A stretch of DNA of 64,000 nt from Candidatus Krumholzibacteriia bacterium (GTDB lineage: Bacteria > Krumholzibacteriota > Krumholzibacteriia > JAJRXK01). The first letter of the stretch is position 1; every line of letters starts with the position of its first letter. The DNA lies in assembly GCA_041484665.1 (NCBI GenBank), contig JBGPIA010000016.1, forward strand, positions 32,001 through 96,000, given 5' to 3'. The notes below the pieces were generated by a model. The model was not told the origin of the DNA. It made no database searches and worked only from the letters and a program-made list of their open reading frames with translations. Position numbers and translations under genes: made by a program. This document shows, piece after piece, positions 28,446-39,100 of this stretch.

Positions 28446-29621
28446 ATGGATGCGGACGATTTCCGGCCCGCGTTCGGCTTGGCGAGGAAGCCGCGCACAA
28501 CTGTCCTTGCCATGATCGCAATCGCTGCTCTTCTAGCCAGCTCCGCCGCGTCGGCACAGGTGCAACCGCAGGCCACCTCCGATGTGAAAATGCTCATCGA
28601 AGACGGCCGCAAGCAACTCCGCGAAGCCCACGCAGCGGGGACGGAAGCGGCCTACCAGGCGGCGGAAGACACCTTCGATCGCGCCGTGGCGCTCGACCTG
28701 AAGAACGGCCTTCCGCTCGCCTATCGCGGCGCTGCCAAGCTCGAGCGCTCGGGCTGGCTGGCGGCGAAGGGGAACTTCGACGCCTCCGGGACGTTGCTCG
28801 AACAAGCCAGCGCGGATCTGGACCGCGCGGTTGCGCTCAGCCCGGACGATCTGAGCGTCCGCCTGCTGCGCGGCACGAGCTACGCGGAATTCCCTCCCTT
28901 TCTCAAGAAGGGCCCGCTCGCGAGGGAGGATTTCGATGCGGCGGTACGGCATCCGCAATTCGCTGCGCAGAGCGCCGAAGCCCGCGCGCGCGTCTATCTC
29001 ATCTCCGGCAAGCTCTTCGCCGCCGCAGGAGAGTCCGACAAAGCGAAGGAGGCGTGGAGCAGCGCGGTCGCGGCCGGCCCACAGACGACTGCGGGAGCAG
29101 CGGCGCAGCAGGAGCTGAAGAAACTCGAGCTTCCAGCGCAGGCAGCCGACTCGCAGGGGCGCCGCCGTGAGGACCGTTTCCCACAGATCAGCGAAGAAAC
29201 GACCCCGGTGATCGTCGCCGCCAGCGTGACGCTCCCGGGGCATGTGTTCTCCGACGATCCGAGCACCTGGCATCCCAAGATGCGCGAATTCCTCGACCAC
29301 CTGAAGCTCCAGCCCGGTTTGCTCGCCATGCACCGCCTGGCGAGTCTCGACCATCCTGGAATGCTGGTGATTCTCACCTGGTGGGAGAACAAGCGCGCGC
29401 TGAACAACTGGTTCTACAGCGACGTGCACCAGGGCATGATCGATTGGGTCTACGGCGGGCCCGGCGCAGCGAGTGGAAACGCTTTGGCCGGAGATTTAGG
29501 CGAGAGACAGATGAAAGAGGCGGGGCAGGTCGCGATGGAGATCTTCACGACGCTGCCCGGCGGAATCCAGTATGGCGGCGGCCTGGGCCCCAAGTTGCCG
29601 GAACGCCCGCGCTCGCGGTAG
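28446..29621 (+). CDS. Secreted TPR protein fused to an ABM-like (dimeric alpha-beta barrel) domain
   Basis: AGGAG RBS; signal peptide ending ASA-Q; TPR motifs (DRAVALD, DLDRAVALSPDD); C-terminal QPGLL...LVILTWWENKRALNNWFYSDVH. Confidence 0.7.
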   Translation: MDADDFRPAFGLARKPRTTVLAMIAIAALLASSAASAQVQPQATSDVKMLIEDGRKQLREAHAAGTEAAYQAAEDTFDRAVALDLKNGLPLAYRGAAKLERSGWLAAKGNFDASGTLLEQASADLDRAVALSPDDLSVRLLRGTSYAEFPPFLKKGPLAREDFDAAVRHPQFAAQSAEARARVYLISGKLFAAAGESDKAKEAWSSAVAAGPQTTAGAAAQQELKKLELPAQAADSQGRRREDRFPQISEETTPVIVAASVTLPGHVFSDDPSTWHPKMREFLDHLKLQPGLLAMHRLASLDHPGMLVILTWWENKRALNNWFYSDVHQGMIDWVYGGPGAASGNALAGDLGERQMKEAGQVAMEIFTTLPGGIQYGGGLGPKLPERPRSR

Positions 29622-29725
29622 ACCGCGCATCCTGCGGGTCGAGCGCCGCCGGGACAAGCATCTCGCGCGCGGCTGCGGCCAGGCAGTACCATCACAGCCC
29701 CGACCCTTCTCGTCAGGAGACCCTC

Positions 29726-31069
29726 ATGGGCGCAAGACTCCTGCCTGCCCCCGTGGCCCTGTTGCTCGGCGTGCTCTGCACGACGGCTACCTCCACGGCC
29801 TGGGCCGACTCCATCGACATCCCCGCCGCGCGCGAGTGCTTCCGTGCCGCGCAGAGCGCCTGCTCCCGCGACGCCGGCCAGCTCTGGGGAGTTTCGCTGT
29901 GTGGGCCCATCCTGCTCGTCGACCCGCAAACCCGCGCCCTGGTGGCGAACCAGGCCGACGCACAAGGGCATCTTACGGCGCGGGACAGCGTGTTCGTGGG
30001 CAACCTCCCCAAGGAGGAGGTCATCGCGAACACCGCAGTCACCTGGGCCGGCGTGAAGTGGACGATGGTGATGTGGCCGCTGCCCGACCGGCCGGCTGCA
30101 CGGCTGCGCCTGGTGATGCACGAGCTCTTCCACCGCGTTCAGGACGATCTCGGGCTGCCCGCGACGAGCCCGCCGAACCCGCACCTGGACAGCCACGACG
30201 GGCGGCTCTGGCTGCAGTTGGAGTGGAGGGCATTGCGTGCCGCGCTCGCGGCCTCGGGCGATGCCCGCAGCCACGCGGTCTCCGACGCGCTGCTGTTCCG
30301 CGCCTGCCGTCGCGCCAGCTTCCCAGATGCGGCCGCGTCCGAGCGCGCCCTGGAGATGAACGAGGGGCTCGCGGAGTACACCGGGGCGCGCCTGGCCGCA
30401 GCATCCGATGCGGCGCTGGGCGAGGCGGCTGCGCGCGGGGTCGAGCGCGCCGCCGAGCGGCCGAGCTTCGTGCGCTCGTTTGCCTATGTCTCCGGCCCGC
30501 TCTATGGCGCGCTGCTGGACGCGGTGCGGGCCCGTTGGCGCGCGGATCTCACCCCGCAGAAGGATCTCGGGGAATTACTAGGCGCTGCACTGGGGATCGC
30601 GCCTCTGCCAGCGAGGTCTGCTGCCGATCTGGTGGCGCTGGCGACGCCGCGGGCCGCCGCCTACGCTGGCGACGCCCTCAAGACCGCCGAGGATGCGCGC
30701 GAGAAGGACCGGCAGCGGCGCATCGCCGCCTATCGCGCCCGACTGATCGATGGGCCCGTGCTGGTGGTTCCGATGGGCAAGACTACGCGCTCTGGTTTCG
30801 ACCCCAACAACGTCATTCCCCTGGAGAAGATGGGCACGATCTACCCGACGTACGATCTGAGCGATGAGTGGGGCGTCCTGGAGGTTAAGGACGGTGCGCT
30901 GACGCTGGGCGACTTTGGCAAGGATGCGCGCGCCCAGGTGGCTGCCCCCGCCGACCCGCAGGCGCGTCCGCTCCAGGGACCGGGGTGGAAGCTGCAGCTC
31001 GCTCCCGGCTGGACGGTCGTGCCAGGGCCGCGCGCCGGGGATTTCCAGCTGGCGAAGAAGAGCGGATAA
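29726..31069 (+). CDS. Secreted protein with a gluzincin-like HExxH...NEG motif (putative Zn metallopeptidase)
   Basis: AGGAG RBS; signal peptide ending AWA; MHELFHRVQ and a downstream EMNEGLAEYTG. Confidence 0.7.
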   Translation: MGARLLPAPVALLLGVLCTTATSTAWADSIDIPAARECFRAAQSACSRDAGQLWGVSLCGPILLVDPQTRALVANQADAQGHLTARDSVFVGNLPKEEVIANTAVTWAGVKWTMVMWPLPDRPAARLRLVMHELFHRVQDDLGLPATSPPNPHLDSHDGRLWLQLEWRALRAALAASGDARSHAVSDALLFRACRRASFPDAAASERALEMNEGLAEYTGARLAAASDAALGEAAARGVERAAERPSFVRSFAYVSGPLYGALLDAVRARWRADLTPQKDLGELLGAALGIAPLPARSAADLVALATPRAAAYAGDALKTAEDAREKDRQRRIAAYRARLIDGPVLVVPMGKTTRSGFDPNNVIPLEKMGTIYPTYDLSDEWGVLEVKDGALTLGDFGKDARAQVAAPADPQARPLQGPGWKLQLAPGWTVVPGPRAGDFQLAKKSG

Positions 31070-31124
31070 GCCTGCTCCCTGGACGATGCATCCTGCGCCA
31101 GCTGGCCGCCTGGCTGGCGCGCCG

Positions 31125-34100
31125 CTAGTCGACTCCCTGCGGCGCCTCCTCTGTTCCCGCGTCCTGCTCCCAGAAGAACTTCATCCGCGCTCGCGGGTGG
31201 TTGCCAACCTCGTCCATGCTCATCGCGTCGAAGGCGCGGCCATTGGCGACTGTCCAGCGTATGCTCTCCGAGTTGCGGATATCCTCCAGCGGGTTCTTGT
31301 CCAGCACCAGGAAGTCGGCGATCTTGCCCTGCTCCAGCGAGCCGATGTCGCCGCTCATGCCCAGGTAGCGCGCGCCGGCCAGGGTCGAGGAGCGGATGGC
31401 CTCCAGCGGGGTCATGCCGCCCTGTTGGAACATCCACATCTCCCAGTGCGCACCCAGACCCTCGCGTTGCCCGTGGGCGCCCAGTTGCACGCTGACGCCG
31501 CTATCAAGCAGTTTCTTCGCCCCTTGGGCGTTCTTGAGGTAGCCGTATTCGTCCTCAGGCGCGCTGAAAGAGCGGCGTGACCGCTCATCGATGATCTGGC
31601 GCGGCACGAAATTGCCCAGGCGCTCGTCCTCCCATACGTGTGTGTGCGCGTACCAGTAGTTCTCGCCCCAGATGCTCCCGTAGCCCACGATCAAGGTTGG
31701 TGTGTAGCCTACCTTGCTCTGGCTCCACAGCTGGACGACGTCGGCGTACAGCGGCGCTACCGGGATGGAGTGCTCGACGCCGGTGTGGCCGTCCACCACC
31801 ATCGTCATGTTGTGCTCCCACAGGGAGCCGCCCTCCGGCACCACCATCATGCCCAGCGAGCGTGCCGCCGCCAGCACCTGCTGGCGCTGATCGCGTCGTG
31901 GCTGGTTGTAGCTCTTCACGCTGATCGCGCCCACCGCCTGCATCCGCCGCACGTGCATGATGGCGTCGCTGAGGCTGTCTACTTCGGCTTTGAAATCGCC
32001 TTTGGCGCCGTACAGGATCGTGCCCGTGGAAAAGATGTGCGGCCCCACGATGAGTCCGGCGCGCTGCATCTCACTGGCCGAGAAGATCGCCCGCGTGTCG
32101 TTGGAGGGGTCGTGGATCGTGGTGACACCGAAGGCCAAGGACGCGTACTGGTTCCAGTTCTGCTGCGGCTGGATCTGCTCGGTCGCCATGGCGCCGTGCC
32201 AGTGCACGTCCACGATGCCGGGCATGATGCTCTTGCCCGCCGCATCGATCACCTTGGCATCCCCGGGAACGCTGACGCTGCCCCGCGGCCCGACGGCCAC
32301 GATGCGGTTGCGGTCGACCACGATGGTGCCGTCCGCGATCACCTCATCGCCTTTCATCGTGATGAGACGCGCGCCTACGAACGCCACCTTGCCCGACGGC
32401 ACGTCGGACGGCTGATCGAAGCCGATGTCCAGGCCGTGCGCCGGCGTCTCCGGCAACTTGTCTGGAGCGCCGGGGAGGAACGCAAAGCAGTCGGTCAGAT
32501 CGCGCGAGAACAGCTCCGGGCCCAGCGACCAGTGCAGCGTTTTGCTGTCGCCCGACCAGTGCAGGTTCTCGCCCGCGTCGTGCGACACGCGAGTGATCGG
32601 CACTGCCTTGGCGTCGGGCCCGATGTCCACCGTCCTGCCCGTGCGCACGAAGGGCGTGATGTAGGCGTTGAACCGTTCGGTGAAGGCGATCCATCGCTCG
32701 TCGGGGGAGAGGCGCACGCCGGTGAAGTAGACGCCGTGCAGGTGCGTGCGCTCGTCGCTGCCATCCAGCTTGACGCTGAAGAGCCTGCGGTCGTCCTGAT
32801 CGTCGCCGCCCACGTCGATGAGGTGGACGCGATCGCTGGCGGCGCCAAACTGCGGCTGGACTCCCTTGCGGGTGATGAGCACGGGGTCGGCGCCACCGGC
32901 GGCCGGGATCCAGTAGATGCCGCGATCGTGGGAATAGTGCGGCGAGCGCAGGAAGCCGTCGCCGCTGGCGCGGTAGACGACCTTGGTGCCGTCGGGGGTG
33001 AAGGCGGGCTCGACGTAGTGGCCCGGCCTGGTCGTGATCGTGCGCCCCTCGCCGCCCTTGGCTGCGGCGATGCGCAGAGCGCCCAGCTTGTCGTCGTCCC
33101 AGCTGGTGTACACGATCCATTTTCCATCCCGCGAGTAGGACGGGTAGTACTCGAAATGGTCGTGCTGCTTGGTGAGCCGGTGGGGCGAGCCGTTGGGCAG
33201 ATCACGCACGTACACGTGGCCGAGCGCCTGGTACAGCACCTGGTGCCCCTTGGGCGAGACCTCCACCCAGCGCAACATCTTCGTATGGAAGGTCTCGGGC
33301 ACCGCGGTCACGGGGAAGCGCAGCGCTTCGGCCAGCTGGCGGGTACCGCGCACGTGGAAGGGGATGTCCGAGAGGTGCTTGCTCGCGACATCGAGGCGGT
33401 GGATCTTCCCGCCCGACCAGAACACGATCGACTTGCTGTCGGGGGTCCACGCCATTGCTGGGTAGACGCCGTGGATCGCCCAGGTCTCCTGCATGTCGCG
33501 GTCGAGGCCGTCGTACAGAGCACGTTCAAAGCCCGACTCGACGTCGGTTACGTACAAAACGCTCTTGGCACGCACCCGGCGAATGAAGGCCAGCGATTTG
33601 CCATCGGGTGACGGCGTCGGCCGGACCGAGCCGCCAGGACCGGTGACGAACGGCTGGATGTCCCCGGTCTCGCGGTCCAGGCGCTCGATGATGTAAATCT
33701 GCTTATTGGGGTCCTTGTTGTACTCGAACACCGAGCCTGGCGTCGCGTCGCGGCTGTAGTAGAGGTAATGCCCGTCGGGCGAGAACGCCGGCTCGCCGAC
33801 GTCCTTCTGGTCGTTGGGGCGTTTGGTCATCTGCAGGCCCTCACCGCCGCTGCGGTGGTAGAGCCACATCTCTCCGGCGCCGGCCGAGCGCGTCGACGTG
33901 AAGTGCTTGCGCGCCACGATGTAGTCGCCCCCGGGCTCCCAGGCAGGACTGTTCAGCAGGCGAAAGCTCTCCTTCGTCACCTGCTTCGGATCCGATCCAT
34001 CGCGCTTCATGACCCAGATGTTGTCGCCGCCGGCGCGATCGCTGGTGAATGCGATCCACGCCTCGTCCGGGCTGAAACGCGGCTGCCCGTCCCATGCCAT

Positions 34101-34499
34101 TCCGCTGGTGAGCGCCTTCGCCTCTCCGCCCGCCATTGGGATGGAGTAGATGTCGCCCAGCAGATCGAAGACCAGCTCGTCGCCCTTCGGACTGACGTCC
34201 ACACTCATCCACGTGCCTTCGTTCACGTCGATGCTGGCATCGTGAAGCTGCGCCCCGGGCGGGTTGGATACGTCCCACTTCTTCTTCTCGTCATCCTGCT
34301 TGGCGTCCGGCTGGGCCGCCCCCTCGGCCGGTCCCGTGGCCGCCTTTAGAGCAGCGGCGTCAGGGGCGACCGAGGTCGGCACCTGGGCGAACGCGGCGCC
34401 CTGCATCGCTGCGAAGGACCCCGCGTGGCCGATGGGCGTGCCCAGGAGATCCAGACAGGCGAGCGGGACACAGGAGAGCACGACGAGCAGTCGCTTCAC
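31125..34499 (-). CDS. Secreted amidohydrolase with TolB/PD40 beta-propellers
   Basis: EGTWMSVDVSPKG and many P.(F/W)SPDG repeats; MPGIVDVHWHG, GVTTIHDP, KSYNQPRR, GAHGQREG, GSLEQGKIADFLVLDKNPL. Confidence 0.92.
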   Translation of the reverse strand: MKRLLVVLSCVPLACLDLLGTPIGHAGSFAAMQGAAFAQVPTSVAPDAAALKAATGPAEGAAQPDAKQDDEKKKWDVSNPPGAQLHDASIDVNEGTWMSVDVSPKGDELVFDLLGDIYSIPMAGGEAKALTSGMAWDGQPRFSPDEAWIAFTSDRAGGDNIWVMKRDGSDPKQVTKESFRLLNSPAWEPGGDYIVARKHFTSTRSAGAGEMWLYHRSGGEGLQMTKRPNDQKDVGEPAFSPDGHYLYYSRDATPGSVFEYNKDPNKQIYIIERLDRETGDIQPFVTGPGGSVRPTPSPDGKSLAFIRRVRAKSVLYVTDVESGFERALYDGLDRDMQETWAIHGVYPAMAWTPDSKSIVFWSGGKIHRLDVASKHLSDIPFHVRGTRQLAEALRFPVTAVPETFHTKMLRWVEVSPKGHQVLYQALGHVYVRDLPNGSPHRLTKQHDHFEYYPSYSRDGKWIVYTSWDDDKLGALRIAAAKGGEGRTITTRPGHYVEPAFTPDGTKVVYRASGDGFLRSPHYSHDRGIYWIPAAGGADPVLITRKGVQPQFGAASDRVHLIDVGGDDQDDRRLFSVKLDGSDERTHLHGVYFTGVRLSPDERWIAFTERFNAYITPFVRTGRTVDIGPDAKAVPITRVSHDAGENLHWSGDSKTLHWSLGPELFSRDLTDCFAFLPGAPDKLPETPAHGLDIGFDQPSDVPSGKVAFVGARLITMKGDEVIADGTIVVDRNRIVAVGPRGSVSVPGDAKVIDAAGKSIMPGIVDVHWHGAMATEQIQPQQNWNQYASLAFGVTTIHDPSNDTRAIFSASEMQRAGLIVGPHIFSTGTILYGAKGDFKAEVDSLSDAIMHVRRMQAVGAISVKSYNQPRRDQRQQVLAAARSLGMMVVPEGGSLWEHNMTMVVDGHTGVEHSIPVAPLYADVVQLWSQSKVGYTPTLIVGYGSIWGENYWYAHTHVWEDERLGNFVPRQIIDERSRRSFSAPEDEYGYLKNAQGAKKLLDSGVSVQLGAHGQREGLGAHWEMWMFQQGGMTPLEAIRSSTLAGARYLGMSGDIGSLEQGKIADFLVLDKNPLEDIRNSESIRWTVANGRAFDAMSMDEVGNHPRARMKFFWEQDAGTEEAPQGVD

Positions 34500-34604
34500 G
34501 GCGGGATCCTTTCGCGGTTCGCGGACGGGTGGCGGAGCCGGAAGCTGCGGCCCCCGGCGCACCGGTGCCGCATGATATCAGAAGACGCCCCGCCGGCCGC
34601 CCCT

Positions 34605-36002
34605 TCAGCGCGCGAGGACCATGCTGCGTGCCTCGCTGCGATCGGCCTGGCACAGCCGGTACAGGTATCGCCCGGACGGCGCGTCTTCCCCGCCGTCGGT
34701 CGTCCCATCCCAGGTGACGGTATAGGAACCGGCCCAGTAGTCCTGGTCAGCCAGCGTGCGTACGGTTCGCCCCCGCGCGTCGTAGATGCGCAGCGAGACG
34801 TTGCCATCCACGGCCACCCGGAACGTGATGCTGGTGCGCGGATTGAACGGATTGGGCACGTTCTGCTCCAGCATCCGATCCGGGAGCTGCGGCAACGTCC
34901 CCTGGGAAGCCACGTCGGTGGAGACGATGGGGAAACCGTTCGCATCGAACTCGCCGAGTGGGAAGGTGGTCGGATCCGAGCCATCCCACCTGCTCAGCAC
35001 CGACTGGATCTGCGCGGCCAGCGCCTGGAAATACGGGTCTGCGTTCGCCGCGGCCATGACGCTCTGGATCGCAGCCTCCTCCGCCTCGGCGGCGCGTGGA
35101 TCGCGGGACGCATCTTTCTTGGCCGACATGGGGTAGAAATCGAAGACGGACGAGCCCGAGAGCAGAGAGTTGTAGGCCTTGATGGTGTGTCGGGGCGCGA
35201 GCCCGTTGTCGGTGTAGGGGTTGGTCGTTCCGCCGAACTGCCCCGACACGGTCTCGTAGTACGTTGCAAGCCTGGAGCCGAACACGTTGTAGATACCCAG
35301 CGACCCCTCGATGCTGCCGGGCTTGTCCTTGTTGAGTACGTCGTGGGTGACCGAGCCTGGCGGCGGAGCGATCTCGACGTACCCGGTCTGGATGCCCGAG
35401 ACGAGCGTGGTGCCCACGATGACGTCGCCATCGTAGGACTCGCCGTTCCACAGCCCGACGCTCGTCACGTCCCCGGACACGCGGATCAGGTCGACATTGA
35501 GCTCCAGGTACGTGGAATGGGCGTAGAAGTCCTGGACGGTGTGCAGCGCCTTGCCGAAGTCGATGCACGATTGGGCGACCGCGCGACGGACGTTGTCGTT
35601 GGGGAAGGGAATCGCCGCGTTGAGCAAGGTCCCGCGCGCGACCCCGATCCGGCTGTTCACTCTGTTGATGGAGTCGACGAGGCGATTGTTGTCGAAATGG
35701 TCGGGGCTCAAGACGTTCAGCACGTCGCTCGCCGAGGGGGGCGTGCAGAAGACCTGCGCCCAGGTCGGGCAGTAGCAGTAGTCGGTGCACCCCCACACGT
35801 CGGGCCACATGGCCCCGTCCTTCATCAGCGAGAGCACGCTGCCGCTGACGCCCTGCCGGGTGAGCACTTCGCTGGTCATGTTCACATGGCGGAAGACCTC
35901 GAACGCGCGGACCGGGGCGGCCCCGAGCACCAAGGCGCTGGCCAGGGAAATCGCAAGCAGCGGACCGGCGATCCGGCCCGGGCGGGATGTTGTTGAGAGC
36001 AT
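34605..36002 (-). CDS. Secreted Zn-dependent phospholipase C/HET-C/VWA7-like protein with a C-terminal FlgD-Ig/T9SS-like domain
   Basis: Signal VRA|FEVFRH; WPD, DHFDN, GKALHTVQDFYAHS, LNKD; tail QNVPNPFNPRT..IYDARGR.V..WDG..SGRYLYRL. Confidence 0.75.
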   Translation of the reverse strand: MLSTTSRPGRIAGPLLAISLASALVLGAAPVRAFEVFRHVNMTSEVLTRQGVSGSVLSLMKDGAMWPDVWGCTDYCYCPTWAQVFCTPPSASDVLNVLSPDHFDNNRLVDSINRVNSRIGVARGTLLNAAIPFPNDNVRRAVAQSCIDFGKALHTVQDFYAHSTYLELNVDLIRVSGDVTSVGLWNGESYDGDVIVGTTLVSGIQTGYVEIAPPPGSVTHDVLNKDKPGSIEGSLGIYNVFGSRLATYYETVSGQFGGTTNPYTDNGLAPRHTIKAYNSLLSGSSVFDFYPMSAKKDASRDPRAAEAEEAAIQSVMAAANADPYFQALAAQIQSVLSRWDGSDPTTFPLGEFDANGFPIVSTDVASQGTLPQLPDRMLEQNVPNPFNPRTSITFRVAVDGNVSLRIYDARGRTVRTLADQDYWAGSYTVTWDGTTDGGEDAPSGRYLYRLCQADRSEARSMVLAR

Positions 36003-36116
36003 CGGTGAACCTGGCGCGGGGGAGAAGGTAGGACGAACGTCGATTTTACGGCAGGCGGCGCGGGCAAGCAACGGGCTCCCGGGGACGCATTCGGTGATGC
36101 GCCTGGTGACGCGCCC

Positions 36117-39100
36117 TCAGTCCGGGGTGATTTCGGCGTACGCCGTCGAGTGCTCCGGGACGGGCACGGCGTCCCGGCGCGTCCACGGGCGCGTGCCGCG
36201 GCCCCGCCCGGCCCGTCCCCCCACCCAGCGTCCAAACGCGGCGAGCCGGCGGCGCGCCAGCGTGACGCCATCCTCGGCGAGGGTCGCGGTCGTCGGGAGC
36301 ATGATCGAAGTCAGGACGGTCGAGACCGCCAACCCGCCCATGATCACCAGCGCCATCGAGTAGTAGTAGACGCCCGCCAGGTTCGGCTTCTGCACCGCCA
36401 TGGGCGCGAGACCGAATAGGGTCGTCATGGCGGTCATGAGGATCGGGCGCAAGCGCTCGCGCCCGCCCTTGACCATCGCTTCGTCGCGCGGCATGCCCGC
36501 GCGGCGATAGTGGTTGATATGCTCGATCATGACGATGCCGTTGTTCACGACGATGCCGATGAGCAGCAACAGCCCGATCGCCGCCGGAGAGTCGAAGTCG
36601 GTCTTGGTGAGATAGAGCGTCCAGACCGCCCCGGCCAGCGCGAACGGCAGCGCCACCATCAGCGCCAGCGCCTGCTGCACCGATTCGAACAGCGCCGCCA
36701 TCACGACGAACACCAGCATCAGGGCGAGCAGGAGGTTCACGAGAAACTCCTGGGAGCTCTCCTTCTCGCGCTGTTGCCACTGCCCGAACGTCCACGAGTA
36801 GCCCAAGGGCAAGTCCATCGAGTTCATGGCGGCCGTGACCAGCGGTAGGTACTGTTCGCGCGAGCCCTCTTCGTAGCGCGCGCTCACCCAGACGCTGGTC
36901 TTGCGGTTCTCGCGTTGGATGTGGCTGGCGCCCGGGATCTGGCGGAACGAGGCGAGCGACGCCAAAGGCACCTTCTGCCCGTTCTCCGTCCAGAGCGGCA
37001 GGTTGTGGAGCTGCGAGACGCTCGCGGTGCGACGCTCATCAAGCGTCAGGCGCATCTCGCGCTCTCCGTCCGGGGTGCGGAAGCGCTGCAAGCGCCGGCC
37101 GCGGTAGGTCAGGCCAACCACGTCGGCCGCCTGCTGCGGCGTGATGCCGTAGCGCGCCGCCAGATCGCGGTCCAGCTTGACGTGCAGCTCCTGCTGGCCC
37201 TGCTGGCTGCTGGCGGTCGCGTCGATCAGGCCGGGAATTCCCTCCAGCCGCCGCTTCGCCTGGTCGGCCAGCTCGCCGAGCACCTCGGAGTCCTCACCCA
37301 CCAGCTGGAACATGACGCGCTTCGCCCGGTCCTGCCGCCACATCTGCCCGGTCTGCTGCACGTCCAGCTTCACGCCGGGAACCTCGGGCAGCAGGCTGCG
37401 CAGGCGGGTACGCACCTTGGCGATGTTCTCGGCGTTGGCCTCCCCTTCGTGCAGGTAGATGCGAGTCATCGCGAACTGGTCCCCCCAGAAACTGTAGATG
37501 GACCGCGCCATCAGCTCGTTGCGGTGCGGCTCGAGCCACCGCTCGACCTGGGTGACGACCTGCTCCTTGCGCTGGAGGCTCAGCTCTTCGCTGAAGGTGT
37601 AATTGGCCTGGACGAACAGCTCGCTGTTGTTGGCGCCGAAGTTCTTGTCCACCTTCATGAACGGCCAAACGGCCGAGGCGATCATCACCAGTCCGGTCGC
37701 GGGTGTGATCCAGCGGTGCCGCAGGTTGATCCGCAACAGGGTGGTGTAGCGCCCCTCGATCCAGAGCATCAGGCGCCCGCGCGGTCGCGGCGGCGACTTG
37801 ATCAGCCAGGAGGTCGCCAATGGGATGAGGGTCTGGCTGATGAACAACGACGCCAGCAAGGTGATGCAAACGGTGATCGCGATCTCCTTGAGGTAGATGT
37901 TCATCTCGCTGGGCTTGTTGAAGATCATCGGCAGGAACACGATCACGGAGGCCAGCGTCGAGGCGATCACCGCCAGCGACACCTCGCGCGCGCCCGTGCG
38001 AGCCGCCTCCACCCGGTCGAGCCCCTCCTCGCGCTTGCGGAAGATGTTCTCGATCACCACGACCGCGTTGTCGACGAGCATCCCGATTCCGACGATCAGC
38101 CCCAGCATGGTCAGGGTGTTGAGGTTCTTGCCCTGCGCCCAGACGATTCCGCAGGCAACCACCAGCGAGAAGGGGATGCACAAAATGCAGGCCAGCGTGG
38201 TCGAGAAGCGCCGCAGGAACAGGAACAGCACAACCGAGGCGAGGATCGCGCCGTAGATCCCCGTGTGCAGGAGATCGGTGAGGGTCTTGCGGATCTCCTT
38301 CCCTTGGCTGAACCAGACCAGGAAGTTGACGCCCTGCAATTCCGGATCGTTGTTCATCTCCGCGATGCGCTTCTGGAGCGCGTCGCAGACCACCACCGAG
38401 TTGGCCTTCGACTCCTCGTTCACGGTGATGCCGATGGCGAAGTCGCCATCGAGGTGCCGGCCGTATTCCAGCGGTGGCTCCGCATAGACGACGTCCGCCA
38501 CGTCGCTCAGGCGCAGGCCATCGGCGCGGATGACGAGGTTGCGGATCTGGTCGACGCTCTGGAAGCTCCCCAGCGCGCGCAGCGCGTAGCGGCTCTCCCC
38601 TGCGGTGATCTTGCCCAGCGAGAGATCGGTGTTGCCGCTGACGATCATGCGCGCGACAGCCCGGATATCGACCTTGTGCAGCTCGAGGGCGTCGGGCAGC
38701 AGATTAATGCGCACCTCGCGTGGTCTGACCCCGTCCAGGCTGACGGTGGCCACCCCCGGGATGCGCTCCAGCGGTTTGACGATTCGCCGCTCCAACAGCT
38801 CCCAGCTCTCGCTCAGATCGCGTTTGCTGCTGAGCCGGCCCTCGAGGATCGGGCGGGAACCGCCCCCTCCGCCCTCGTCGCCGAGGCCCACCGAGATGTC
38901 GCCCAGGTCGTCCGGCAGATCGTTGCGGATGCGGTCGATCTTCTCCCACACCTCGGAGCGCGCGACCTGCATGTTGGTCGACCAGTCGTATTCCAGCTGG
39001 ATGTTGCCGCCGTTCTGGTCGCACTGGGAGTAGACGTTGCGCAAGCCCTTCACCGAGCCGAGCGCGTCTTCGACCGGGCGCACCACGGTGCGCTCGACCT

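Noticed and set aside
27755..31069. Canonical lasso peptide gene cluster
   Set aside because: There is no cyclase, B1/B2 protein or ABC exporter, and the core lacks Asp/Glu at positions 7-9.
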